A stretch of DNA of 64,000 nt from a virus, in the IMG/VR virus record IMGVR_UViG_3300045988_136773, one strand, 5' to 3'. Both the position numbers and the translations under genes were made by a program. Below are positions 9,262-17,079 of the stretch, piece after piece. Positions within the stretch are counted from its first letter, which is position 1. Each line of letters begins with the position of its first letter. The notes under the pieces were generated by a model. The model saw nothing but the letters and a program-made list of their open reading frames with translations, was not told the DNA's origin and did not search any database.

Positions 9262-9675
9262 ATGCTATTGTATAAAGTATACTCAGCGTCAAACAAAAAT
9301 CAATCAAAGATATCAGCAAGCCAAATAGTAAATAGACTTGGAAAGTATTTATATAACCATCTGGACGGTGCATTTCAGTATAAAAAATCCGGTAATACTT
9401 TTGATGTGTACACAACTTTGCTGTACGAATTAAAAGAAGAATTTGGTGGAATCAAAAATGACGTTCAAGAGATGACACTAAATATAAGTATAACTACATA
9501 TCAAAATAAGATTCGAGTAAATACAATTGAAGTATCCCCAGATGAAAGAACACTTGGGTATGATTTACTAAAGCCTGAGCTGTTAAATGATCTAGATACC
9601 GCAAAATCTGTGATTATGCAAAAAGTTCACAAACGGATTGATAAGGCATATGATCACCATATCACATTATATTGA
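9262..9675 (+). CDS. hypothetical protein
   Basis: ORF track. RBS is AGGTGGTG. Confidence 0.5.
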   Translation: MLLYKVYSASNKNQSKISASQIVNRLGKYLYNHLDGAFQYKKSGNTFDVYTTLLYELKEEFGGIKNDVQEMTLNISITTYQNKIRVNTIEVSPDERTLGYDLLKPELLNDLDTAKSVIMQKVHKRIDKAYDHHITLY

Positions 9676-9711
9676 CATCTTCAAAATTTCTTTCATTTTA
9701 TACCTCCAAAA

Positions 9712-9748
9712 CAAGAGCGTCGTATTAAGCCAAAATACGACGCTCTTG
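9712..9748. terminator. 13-bp perfect hairpin at the end of the fibre block
   Basis: Stem caagagcgtcgta / tacgacgctcttg with an 11-nt loop. There is no T-run on the + strand; a short T-run follows on the - strand. Confidence 0.45.
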
Positions 9749-9832
9749 CATGTTCTGATCCGACGCTCGTTAGTATAATTGTAGGAAACACTAAAACTCT
9801 ACAAATTACAAATAAATTGTGAGGTACTTATC

Positions 9833-10204
9833 ATGCAGAATGAAAATCAAACAACCAAGGAAATCAATGTATATGATGTTGTTTATACAATCCAGAAGCT
9901 TGGTATTTCATCAAACCTTTTCGGATTTAACTACATTCGATACGCAATCGAACTCATTGCAAAAGATGAATCCTATATGCATTCCATCACAAAACGCCTT
10001 TATCCGGAGATTGCAAGAGCATTTAATTCCACTAGTCAGCGAGTAGAGCGTGCAATTCGTCATGCAATCGATGTGAGTATGTATCGTGTGAATCATGAGT
10101 ATTGGGATATGATATTTGATGGAATTTGTACACTTGATGATGTACGTCCTACAAATTCAGAATTCCTTGCTACACTATACATATACTTAAAGTACAGATG
10201 CTGA
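9833..10204 (+). CDS. Spo0A C-terminal (DNA-binding) domain-only protein
   Basis: SITKRLYPEIARAFNSTSQRVERAIRHAIDV matches the Spo0A_C signature (ITK.LYP.IA....T..RVERAIRHAI). At 123 aa there is no receiver domain. Confidence 0.7.
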   Translation: MQNENQTTKEINVYDVVYTIQKLGISSNLFGFNYIRYAIELIAKDESYMHSITKRLYPEIARAFNSTSQRVERAIRHAIDVSMYRVNHEYWDMIFDGICTLDDVRPTNSEFLATLYIYLKYRC

Positions 10205-10205
10205 T

Positions 10206-10220
10206 AACCTTGTATACAAT
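10206..10220 (+). promoter_or_regulatory. conserved phage motif AACCTTGTATACAAT (copy 2)
   Basis: An exact 15-mer repeat of 2381-2395, located directly after the stop of the Spo0A-like gene. Confidence 0.45.
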
Positions 10221-10223
10221 CGG

Positions 10224-10784
10224 GTGATAATTTTGACATTTCGAAAACACCGCGTTTTTGGTACAACTGTGTACTATAGTGATTGCTATGAAAACTATCG
10301 AATCGTTTGCAAATCTGACAGATATTATGTCCAAAAAGACGATCACTATGTTACTGACAATCTACTAGAAAAAGGATTTCATACAGTTCAATCCGCAGAA
10401 AACTGGATTAAGCTAGATACTATGCCAGATATACTGTGTGCTACATTCATTTCAAGTTCAGCAAGACAAAAAGTATATGCTGCCTTAAACACCTCTAACT
10501 TTTCAAACAACCTAAGCAGAGTGAAATCTTCAAATATTTGGTCAATCGGGCTGAATATCAAAAATCGAAAAGATAAAACAGGAGATTTGCTTGTGCAGTT
10601 TAAATCAAAAAATGGTGGCCCTGGTGATGTATACATGTTCTACGATGTTCCACCTACATTATATCGAAAATGGCAATCAGCACCTAGTAAAGGTCACTTT
10701 TTCTGGAAATATATCAGAAACTACTACAAATACTCTAAGCTAACTGGGGATAAGCATGGAAAGCTACCAAATGCAGTTAGCTAG
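10224..10784 (+). CDS. KTSC-domain protein
   Basis: The C-terminal SSNIWSIGLN..VYMFYDVPPTLYRKWQSAPSKGHFFWKYIRNYYKY follows the KTSC domain pattern. The start could instead be TTG at 10233. Confidence 0.5.
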   Translation: MIILTFRKHRVFGTTVYYSDCYENYRIVCKSDRYYVQKDDHYVTDNLLEKGFHTVQSAENWIKLDTMPDILCATFISSSARQKVYAALNTSNFSNNLSRVKSSNIWSIGLNIKNRKDKTGDLLVQFKSKNGGPGDVYMFYDVPPTLYRKWQSAPSKGHFFWKYIRNYYKYSKLTGDKHGKLPNAVS

Positions 10785-11508
10785 TGTAATCATTTGATTT
10801 TAGTCTTCTATACAGCACTTCCATAGCTTTTGGAAGTGCTGTTTTTAGTGTCATATAATCAATAGTATATAGATCTGCCAACTCAATTAATTTGGCATCA
10901 GATAGTTTAGATTCAGTTTCAATCATTTCCTGAATCAATAGTTCTTCTACACTGTCATAATTATCAGTCTGGTAATAATCGATTCCATGTTTGTGTTCTG
11001 GGGCTTCTAAGAATAGCTCGTATTCAGATAAGTCTGCTGGATACGGTGCACCCAAAACGGCTTTCAGTGCAATCATATCGTTTGCAGGCAGATTTACTTT
11101 TTCAAGATCATCATATGTAACAGCACTCCATTCTTTTCCCAACTGTTTTGCAGCTTTTAAGCACAAACTACGACGTGTAGAGTATCCTACTGGGCTTAGA
11201 TAGCGTCTGATTTCTTCAGAAATTCTAGGCTTAAAGAATACACCAAATGATAGATCCGCACGATATTTTGGTGTCCACTTGTACTTCCACCACATCCCTA
11301 AGAATGAACACAGTGCTGTTTGAAATTTATCCTCATATGTGGTGTTATCTACATAAGTGCTAGAAGCAATGTATCCAAAAAACGTATAGTTTAATTGTAT
11401 GATTTCATCTCGAATATCTGTACATGCTTTTCTGGATTCCAAATCGTGTGGCAGAGAATCATACAATTCTTGTGTTCTCTGCTTTATATACTCGTGGTTC
11501 TTAGACAT
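10777..11508 (-). CDS. sigma-70 family sigma factor-like protein
   Basis: ATG at 11508 lies 8 nt after GAAGGAGG. The layout is region-2-like (RDEIIQLNYTFFGYIAS..YEDKFQTALCSFLGMWWKY..FKPRISEEIRRYL) with a C-terminal HTH-like segment. Confidence 0.5.
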   Translation of the reverse strand: MSKNHEYIKQRTQELYDSLPHDLESRKACTDIRDEIIQLNYTFFGYIASSTYVDNTTYEDKFQTALCSFLGMWWKYKWTPKYRADLSFGVFFKPRISEEIRRYLSPVGYSTRRSLCLKAAKQLGKEWSAVTYDDLEKVNLPANDMIALKAVLGAPYPADLSEYELFLEAPEHKHGIDYYQTDNYDSVEELLIQEMIETESKLSDAKLIELADLYTIDYMTLKTALPKAMEVLYRRLKSNDYTS

Positions 11509-11562
11509 TATCGCATCCTCCTTCAAACAAATGCGTCATGATTCGTCAATATTCTATAAAAG

Positions 11563-11602
11563 GTTTTACCCCATGCAGATATATTTCTACATGGGGTAAA
11601 AC
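11563..11602. terminator. bidirectional-looking terminator hairpin
   Basis: A 13-bp perfect stem (gttttaccccatg / catggggtaaaac) flanked by A/T runs, downstream of the minus-strand Bro gene. Confidence 0.65.
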
Positions 11603-11710
11603 TTTATTTTATGTCGAAAAGACTTACTTACAAACAAATCCGCAGACTTCCCAGCCAATCCACATCATGAATACCGCCAGTGCTGCCAACATAATAATGT
11701 ACTTTCTCAA

Positions 11711-12499
11711 TCAAAACTCTCTTTCCATAATCGGCAGAATGCCATCTTCCTTCAACAAATCGTAAATGAACAACCGCCCTTTCTGTGTCCAGTGGGTATG
11801 CGGAACAACATGACCATGACCGTTTGCATCATCATAGTAATATGTCTTAGTTGAAGTCAATCCCATTTCCGCATACTTCTGGTATAACAACCAGATCTTA
11901 CCACCCTGCTTGTACTGCACACCTTTTTCACGAAGTACTTGATTCATGTGGTTTGCAGACCAGCCATAGTCCTTAGCAATTATGGAGATAGGAACCAGAT
12001 CATTGCATTCCAGAACCTTATCGTAGTAGCTTGCCTTGGGCTGCAGTTCTGCAATCTGCTGTGTTTGTACTGCAACTGTCTGTTCCAGCGTATTTGTCTT
12101 TGCACGTTCTTCCTTCAATTCGAGCAGAGCGTTGATCAGCATGTCCGGATCGTTCAGCACATCGTCAATTGCATACATACCGTGCTTACGAATAGCGGGG
12201 AGTACTTCGGATGTTACCCACTTCTTAAACTTCTTGGCATTTGGCATCTTACTTGACAAAACGAGGCTATAAAGACCAGACTCATTGATGATTGTCAAAT
12301 CCTGCATGCCGCCAGGGGTGTCACATTTTGTTACACCCTTGTCATCATCATCGACATGGTCAGAAATTGCCTTTCGTGTGTTGCTATACCCAAGCACTTC
12401 AGCAATATCCTTTGCAATGAACCACGGTTCACCATTCATCTGAACTGTACGAACAGTCGAACCCTCGAATACCCATACTTCTACATTTTCGTTTGTCAT
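11711..12499 (-). CDS. Bro-N / KilA-C type antirepressor-like protein
   Basis: The N-terminus VWVFEGSTVRTVQMNGEPWFIAKDIAEVLGYSNTRKAISDHVDDDDKG is a typical Bro-N domain. RBS is GGAGG. Confidence 0.75.
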   Translation of the reverse strand: MTNENVEVWVFEGSTVRTVQMNGEPWFIAKDIAEVLGYSNTRKAISDHVDDDDKGVTKCDTPGGMQDLTIINESGLYSLVLSSKMPNAKKFKKWVTSEVLPAIRKHGMYAIDDVLNDPDMLINALLELKEERAKTNTLEQTVAVQTQQIAELQPKASYYDKVLECNDLVPISIIAKDYGWSANHMNQVLREKGVQYKQGGKIWLLYQKYAEMGLTSTKTYYYDDANGHGHVVPHTHWTQKGRLFIYDLLKEDGILPIMEREF

Positions 12500-12564
12500 T
12501 TTGAAATTCCTCCAATTTTAGAATTATTTTATGAAAACGTGCGGAAATACGTTTTTAACTTAGA

Positions 12565-13401
12565 TTAGTACAACTGCACGTCCATAACCTTTAGGTCGAT
12601 AGCCGCATCGAACGGAACAAAATAATCCCGCTTTGCACCAAAGAACTTATAATATGTAACGCCGTGCAGTTCCTCATTTTCTCCATAGTAAACAGTGAGA
12701 TCACCATTTGCCATTTCTACGACAGCAGATTCTACATAATCCCCAGCGTTGATTACGGAATAGAACCGCATAGTGTTATCATCACAATACTGTGGTCTGA
12801 ACTTGATAAATGTTCTACGCAGTTGCTTGATAATTTCAATCTTCTGCTTCTTTTTGATGTACTTGGGCAGCTTTGTACGTCCGAGCAAGCTGTAGATCAC
12901 CTCACGCACTTCCGGTGTGGCATTCTGAATAATGCTCCAGAATTCCTTATCAGCGATTGCGTCCGCAATGTCAGAGGATTCAGAGTCTACACATGTATCA
13001 AACCGATCCAGCTGTTCGCCGTCAGATGTAACACAGTACTGTGGAACTTCCACAGCAAAACGCTTCTGCGGTACAACGTTTCTACGCGGTGCTGCCATGC
13101 AGTTATAGGCAATGCGATAGATGTAAGCACCATTGTACTTTTTGATAGTCATCTTATCTACGTTCTTCTGGAGATACTGGAGCAGGAAAGACAGCAAATC
13201 CTCATCAGGGATATACTCAGATGTGGACTTTACCAGTGCAGTCATAATCTCCGGATAAAACTGCACATACAGTGCAGCAGCCTTCAAGGATTCGGGGATA
13301 GTCAGCCAGATTGCGTAGCTGATTTCCTCGCCGGGTGCTACATAGTAGCTGAGTGCGTCTGCGAAACGGATTCTTGCATCTGTAAATACCTTTGTGTTCA
13401 T
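12565..13401 (-). CDS. ECF-sigma-like protein, paralogue of 13501..14148
   Basis: ATG at 13401 follows GAAAGGAAG. It shares LKAAALYVQFYPEI, LLQYLQKNV and YIYRIAYNCM with the neighbour; the last resembles sigma region 2. Confidence 0.45.
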   Translation of the reverse strand: MNTKVFTDARIRFADALSYYVAPGEEISYAIWLTIPESLKAAALYVQFYPEIMTALVKSTSEYIPDEDLLSFLLQYLQKNVDKMTIKKYNGAYIYRIAYNCMAAPRRNVVPQKRFAVEVPQYCVTSDGEQLDRFDTCVDSESSDIADAIADKEFWSIIQNATPEVREVIYSLLGRTKLPKYIKKKQKIEIIKQLRRTFIKFRPQYCDDNTMRFYSVINAGDYVESAVVEMANGDLTVYYGENEELHGVTYYKFFGAKRDYFVPFDAAIDLKVMDVQLY

Positions 13402-13500
13402 AAGTATACTTCCTTTCAAAATTAACAGTTTATTTTTATTTAGCCTTGTATGTCTTACGCTTTATATAACGATGGAACGCCATGTAGACGAAATGTATTT

Positions 13501-14148
13501 TTATACCAGCGTCGAGATAAAAATTTTTATAGAAGCAATCACTTCCTCGACACGCTTACGCTCATACATCTTTCTGGGTTTCTTGCCGCTGAGCAGAATA
13601 TCTCGCACAGTTTCGTATACCGGATCACGCTTTGCCATAGCATCAACATAATCCCAAACCTGCTTAGCGGCTACAAAATCTTCCACAGATCTGGTATCAA
13701 TCAGCCGTTCGATATAACGTGGCTTGTTGTCAGAGCACTCCATGATGTCGTCAATGGATTCATCATCGCGAATCTTTTCGAGCGTACTAGCACGGTTCTG
13801 ATACCATCTCCGAACGTCGTTCACATGTCCGAGTGAGTACATGCACTTATATGCCACTGTGTAGATGTACTGCGGCTTGAATCGCTGAGGGTGTTCCTTG
13901 ATGATGTTGACGTTCTTCATCAGATACTGCAACAGTGTAGATACTGCTGTGCACTCATCTACCCACGGATACATGCTGTAGATCTTGTTCCAAGCCATTG
14001 CGATTTCCGGATAGAATGCTACGTACAGTGCAGTTGCTTTCAGTTCGTCAGAAAGCTGTAACCAACCACGAACCTCTGTGTAATCTGTGTCAGTAGCAGA
14101 ATCCAGAGCAGACTTGAACAGCTTGTATGTTTCCTTAAATTCTCTCAT
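13501..14148 (-). CDS. ECF-sigma-like protein, paralogue of 12565..13401
   Basis: Contains LKATALYVAFYPEI, LLQYLMKNV and YIYTVAYKCM. RBS is GGAGG. Confidence 0.45.
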   Translation of the reverse strand: MREFKETYKLFKSALDSATDTDYTEVRGWLQLSDELKATALYVAFYPEIAMAWNKIYSMYPWVDECTAVSTLLQYLMKNVNIIKEHPQRFKPQYIYTVAYKCMYSLGHVNDVRRWYQNRASTLEKIRDDESIDDIMECSDNKPRYIERLIDTRSVEDFVAAKQVWDYVDAMAKRDPVYETVRDILLSGKKPRKMYERKRVEEVIASIKIFISTLV

Positions 14149-14420
14149 AGTAAATTACCTCCATTTGATTATACTAGTAAATTTTACCAGTTACATTTGA
14201 AAAAAGAAAATGTAGCGGTACTCCCACGGATTTTCTTTTTATAAAATTTTTAACTAATGTTTATCATCTCCAATCGAAGAAAATGTGATTTTGGAATCTG
14301 TTATGCTGGATACATAGTGGAATCAGCTCACTTTCTGAAACTGCAATTTGTTATTGAATATGTATTTCATAAACACTGTTGCTTATACACAGTTTATTGT
14401 GTATATACGCAATACGCTTT

Positions 14421-14557
14421 GTTCACTATCGTGAACTGTATATAGTATACACGATAGTGAACAAAAATGCAATTGACAATATGACCAAAATTTGCGATAT
14501 ATTTTTGTACAGTATCGTGTACTATTTTGTATTGACTTTTATGTCACTATCGTGTAT
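14421..14557. promoter_or_regulatory. four copies of a 16-bp operator-like palindrome GT(T/A)CA(C/G)TATCGTG(A/T)AC
   Basis: The copies are 14421-14436 GTTCACTATCGTGAAC, 14447-14462 (reverse) GTTCACTATCGTGTAT, 14507-14522 GTACAGTATCGTGTAC and 14542-14557 TGTCACTATCGTGTAT. Copies 1 and 2 form a 13-bp perfect inverted repeat. Confidence 0.6.
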
Positions 14558-14560
14558 AAT
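14532..14560 (+). promoter_or_regulatory. sigma-A type promoter TTGACT-17-TATAAT for the XRE gene
   Basis: -35 at 14532-14537 and -10 at 14555-14560. The fourth operator copy fills the spacer. Confidence 0.65.
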
Positions 14561-14583
14561 AGAACTTATTGGAGGCGATTAAA

Positions 14584-14811
14584 ATGTCAATTTTGTATGG
14601 GAAACTATTTGAAATCATGCAGCAAAAGGGCGTTAGAAAAACAGATCTACGATCTAACGGGATACATCCAGCAGTAATTAAAAAGATTATGGACGGTGGA
14701 ACTATTACAACTGAAACCATTGATAGACTGTGTGCATTGCTAGATTGTCAGCCAGGGGACATCATTGAATTTGAGAGATCAGATGATTCTAAAGAATCCA
14801 TTGTAAATTGA
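14584..14811 (+). CDS. small XRE-family HTH regulator (75 aa)
   Basis: ATG at 14584 lies 8 nt after GGAGG. HTH segment: GVRKTDLRSNGIHPAVIKKIMDGGTITTETIDRLCALLDCQPGDII. Confidence 0.75.
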   Translation: MSILYGKLFEIMQQKGVRKTDLRSNGIHPAVIKKIMDGGTITTETIDRLCALLDCQPGDIIEFERSDDSKESIVN

Positions 14812-14915
14812 CAACTCTATAACTGATACCTCAACATCAACCTAAGTCATATCTGAAATATTTGTCTTGTAAAATCAATAACGAACAAATTTACGAAAAT
14901 ATATGTCATATTTTG

Positions 14916-14944
14916 TTGAAATACGCTTCTATTTATGGTATACT
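14916..14944 (+). promoter_or_regulatory. promoter TTGAAA-17-(TGg)TATACT upstream of the Mrr-like gene
   Basis: -35 at 14916-14921, a 17-nt spacer ending in TGG (extended -10), and -10 at 14939-14944. Confidence 0.55.
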
Positions 14945-14964
14945 ATAATGTAGGAGTGATAATT

Positions 14965-15834
14965 ATGACAAAACGAAAATCCAGTTTAGTGCCAGATTAC
15001 ATTGATTTAATCAATCCGACATTTACTGTAATCAAAAATTTAGGCGGAACTGCAACAAACAATCAAATTCATGATGGTGTTGTTGAGCTTTTACGTTTAT
15101 CAAAAGCTGCTGTATCAGAAAAGCATATAAATAAAAATGAAACCGAACTGATCTACAGATTGAGATGGGTAAGAACCGCAATGAAGAAGTCTGGTGTTCT
15201 AATTAATCAAGAGAGATCAATCTGGACCATACTTCCTGGATATAGGATGCTAGATGCTTTTGATCAGGAACAGCTAGATTTCATCATGAAACAGAAACAA
15301 GTAGTAAGTTCTGTTCCTGTCGCAGTTGAACTTAGCAACGTTACAATTAGTGATGTTATCAACAATGACCCAGATGAAACACCATGGGTAACACAGCTGA
15401 GAGATGTTTTAATGGCTATGAATCCATATAGCTTTGAAACGCTCTGCAAGCTTATTTTAGAAAAATGCGGTATCACTGATGTGTCAACAACAAAGAAATC
15501 AAAAGATGGTGGTATTGACGGATACGGCAGATTGAAACTGAATACAATATTTTCGGTAAATATTGCGTTTCAATGCAAACACTATGGTGGAAAAATTAGT
15601 GCACCTGCTATCCGAAATTTTCGTGGAGCAATGTCACCAAATATTGAAATGGGATTATTCATAACAACCTCTGAATTTACACAAGCGGCAATAGATGAAG
15701 CAAATCGAGTAGATCAGAAAATGATACACATCATGGATGGTGAACAAATTATACAGTATCTACTCGACTGCCAAATTGGATGTACGAAACAGGAAGTCTA
15801 TATCATAGACGAAGACTTCTTCAAAAACTTATGA
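14965..15834 (+). CDS. mrr: Mrr-like type IV restriction endonuclease (Mrr_N winged helix + Mrr catalytic domain)
   Basis: ATG at 14965 follows AGGAG. The catalytic region SKDGGIDGYGRL..IAFQCKHYGGKISAPAIRNFRGA fits the D..(Q/E)xK Mrr core. Confidence 0.75.
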   Translation: MTKRKSSLVPDYIDLINPTFTVIKNLGGTATNNQIHDGVVELLRLSKAAVSEKHINKNETELIYRLRWVRTAMKKSGVLINQERSIWTILPGYRMLDAFDQEQLDFIMKQKQVVSSVPVAVELSNVTISDVINNDPDETPWVTQLRDVLMAMNPYSFETLCKLILEKCGITDVSTTKKSKDGGIDGYGRLKLNTIFSVNIAFQCKHYGGKISAPAIRNFRGAMSPNIEMGLFITTSEFTQAAIDEANRVDQKMIHIMDGEQIIQYLLDCQIGCTKQEVYIIDEDFFKNL

Positions 15835-16185
15835 TTAGTCATCTATAAACTGTCTCCAGGTAGATGGTGCAATGTTGTTTTTGCAAATATGATTGATTCT
15901 TTCCTCAAGCTCATATGCTACATCCACAACATCATCTGCCTCCCAGATGTCGTAATCCACATCTTCGAGAAGATCACAAGCACAATCGATGATCATTACA
16001 TCCTTTGCACGGCTGTTGCGAAATTCTGACTTTGTGTAGATGAAAGAACGCCACATACTATTGATGTTTCTCAGCTGATTGAGAAGCTGATTGATTCTCT
16101 CTACATTTCTGTGAAACTCAGATCTTGTAACCTGATTTTTCACAATTCGCATTCCGTCCGGTCTTCTGTTTTCATTGAATTTCAT
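15835..16185 (-). CDS. hypothetical protein, leftward gene of switch module 1
   Basis: ORF track. RBS is GAAAGGA. It is driven by the minus-strand promoter at 16300-16328. Confidence 0.5.
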   Translation of the reverse strand: MKFNENRRPDGMRIVKNQVTRSEFHRNVERINQLLNQLRNINSMWRSFIYTKSEFRNSRAKDVMIIDCACDLLEDVDYDIWEADDVVDVAYELEERINHICKNNIAPSTWRQFIDD

Positions 16186-16272
16186 AAGATCATATCCTTT
16201 CGATATTTTTAGTATTGAAAACGCTCTGTTTTCAAGAATGGTTCTGTTCAGGGGTTTTGAGTTTTAGCATTT

Positions 16273-16447
16273 ACGCATCTTTGCGTTTGCTATAATTATA
16301 TTATACGCTCGTTTGCGTGTGATGTCAACTGATTTCACACTAAATTATACACAAACTTGCGTAGCCACTTCTATGCAATCTGCACAAATGCGGATATTAA
16401 AAAGATTTTATGCCAATTTACTATTGACAGTGTACGCAAAAGTGCGT
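16273..16447. promoter_or_regulatory. three operators ACGC-N6-GCGT (module 1)
   Basis: The sites are 16273-16286 ACGCATCTTTGCGT, 16305-16318 ACGCTCGTTTGCGT and 16434-16447 ACGCAAAAGTGCGT. The last two sit in promoter spacers. Confidence 0.6.
16300..16328 (-). promoter_or_regulatory. minus-strand promoter TTGACA-17-TATAAT (module 1, leftward)
   Basis: The reverse complement of 16323-16328 is TTGACA and of 16300-16305 is TATAAT. The spacer is 17 nt. Confidence 0.6.
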
Positions 16448-16452
16448 ATAAT
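16424..16452 (+). promoter_or_regulatory. promoter TTGACA-17-TATAAT (module 1, rightward)
   Basis: -35 at 16424-16429 and -10 at 16447-16452, with a palindromic operator in the spacer. Confidence 0.7.
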
Positions 16453-16476
16453 GATATTTGGAAAGAGGTGATTCAC

Positions 16477-16827
16477 TTGTTACAAGACAACTTAAAGAAA
16501 CTAAGGGAAGAACGTGGCTTGACAAAGCGAGAACTGTGTGAAAAAGCAGGCATCTCTGAACGTGCTTACCTTACATATGAATTCGGAGAGCGTGAACCTA
16601 AAATTGGCGTGATTCAAAAGCTCGCTGACTTCTATAATATTTCTACGGACTGCATGCTTGGCAGACAAACAGCAGATGCCCCAACAAGCCCATTACAGCA
16701 ACTCATAGATAAATTTCAACTTACTAAAGATCAAGCCGCTTTACTCGTAGCATACTTAAACATGAATGAATCAGATCGAGAAAATTTGATTAGATGTATT
16801 AAGGTGCTCGCCCGTGGAATACAGTAA
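16477..16827 (+). CDS. XRE-family HTH regulator (module 1)
   Basis: TTG at 16477 follows AAAGAGGTG and lies downstream of the promoter, so the track start at 16357 is unlikely. HTH segment: LTKRELCEKAGISERAYLTYEFGEREP. Confidence 0.7.
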   Translation: MLQDNLKKLREERGLTKRELCEKAGISERAYLTYEFGEREPKIGVIQKLADFYNISTDCMLGRQTADAPTSPLQQLIDKFQLTKDQAALLVAYLNMNESDRENLIRCIKVLARGIQ

Positions 16828-16883
16828 TACTTCGAGTTTCGATAGATTTCATAATAATAACTTCCTTTCATGGTTTTAATTTA

Positions 16884-17056
16884 AGGACGTATCGTCCTTT
16901 GCAATATGATTATAGCACATATCGTCCTATGATGTCAACCGATTTCTAACAAAATCATACACAAAATGTCCTAATGCAATTTATGCAAATCTATGAATCG
17001 TCCTATTTCATGCTTGAATTTTAAAAATGCTATTGACACATAGGACAAAACGTGCT
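16884..17056. promoter_or_regulatory. three operators AGGAC-N5-GTCCT (module 2)
   Basis: The sites are 16884-16898 AGGACGTATCGTCCT, 16914-16928 AGCACATATCGTCCT and 17042-17056 AGGACAAAACGTGCT. Their positions parallel those in module 1. Confidence 0.55.
16909..16938 (-). promoter_or_regulatory. minus-strand promoter TTGACA-18-TATAAT (module 2, leftward)
   Basis: The reverse complement of 16933-16938 is TTGACA and of 16909-16914 is TATAAT. It points into the 3' end of the module 1 XRE gene. Confidence 0.5.
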
Positions 17057-17061
17057 ATCCT
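17033..17061 (+). promoter_or_regulatory. promoter TTGACA-17-TATCCT (module 2, rightward)
   Basis: -35 at 17033-17038 and a weaker -10 at 17056-17061. The backbone aligns with the module 1 promoter. Confidence 0.5.
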
Positions 17062-17079
17062 TTATAAGGTGGTGATTAG

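Noticed and set aside
9819-10046. An alternative-frame 75-aa ORF overlapping the start of the Spo0A-like gene.
   Set aside because: The 9833 frame carries the Spo0A_C signature and a GAGGT RBS. The other frame has neither.
12664-13425. A 253-aa plus-strand ORF antisense to the sigma-like gene 12565..13401.
   Set aside because: It has no RBS, and the minus-strand ORF has a clear RBS and a paralogue next door with shared motifs. The antisense ORF is probably a by-product of the locally higher GC.
13441-13455. GCCTTGTATGTC, a partial match to the conserved RACCTTRTATA motif.
   Set aside because: It lies on the plus strand between two minus-strand genes with no plus-strand gene to serve, and it lacks the TATA part.
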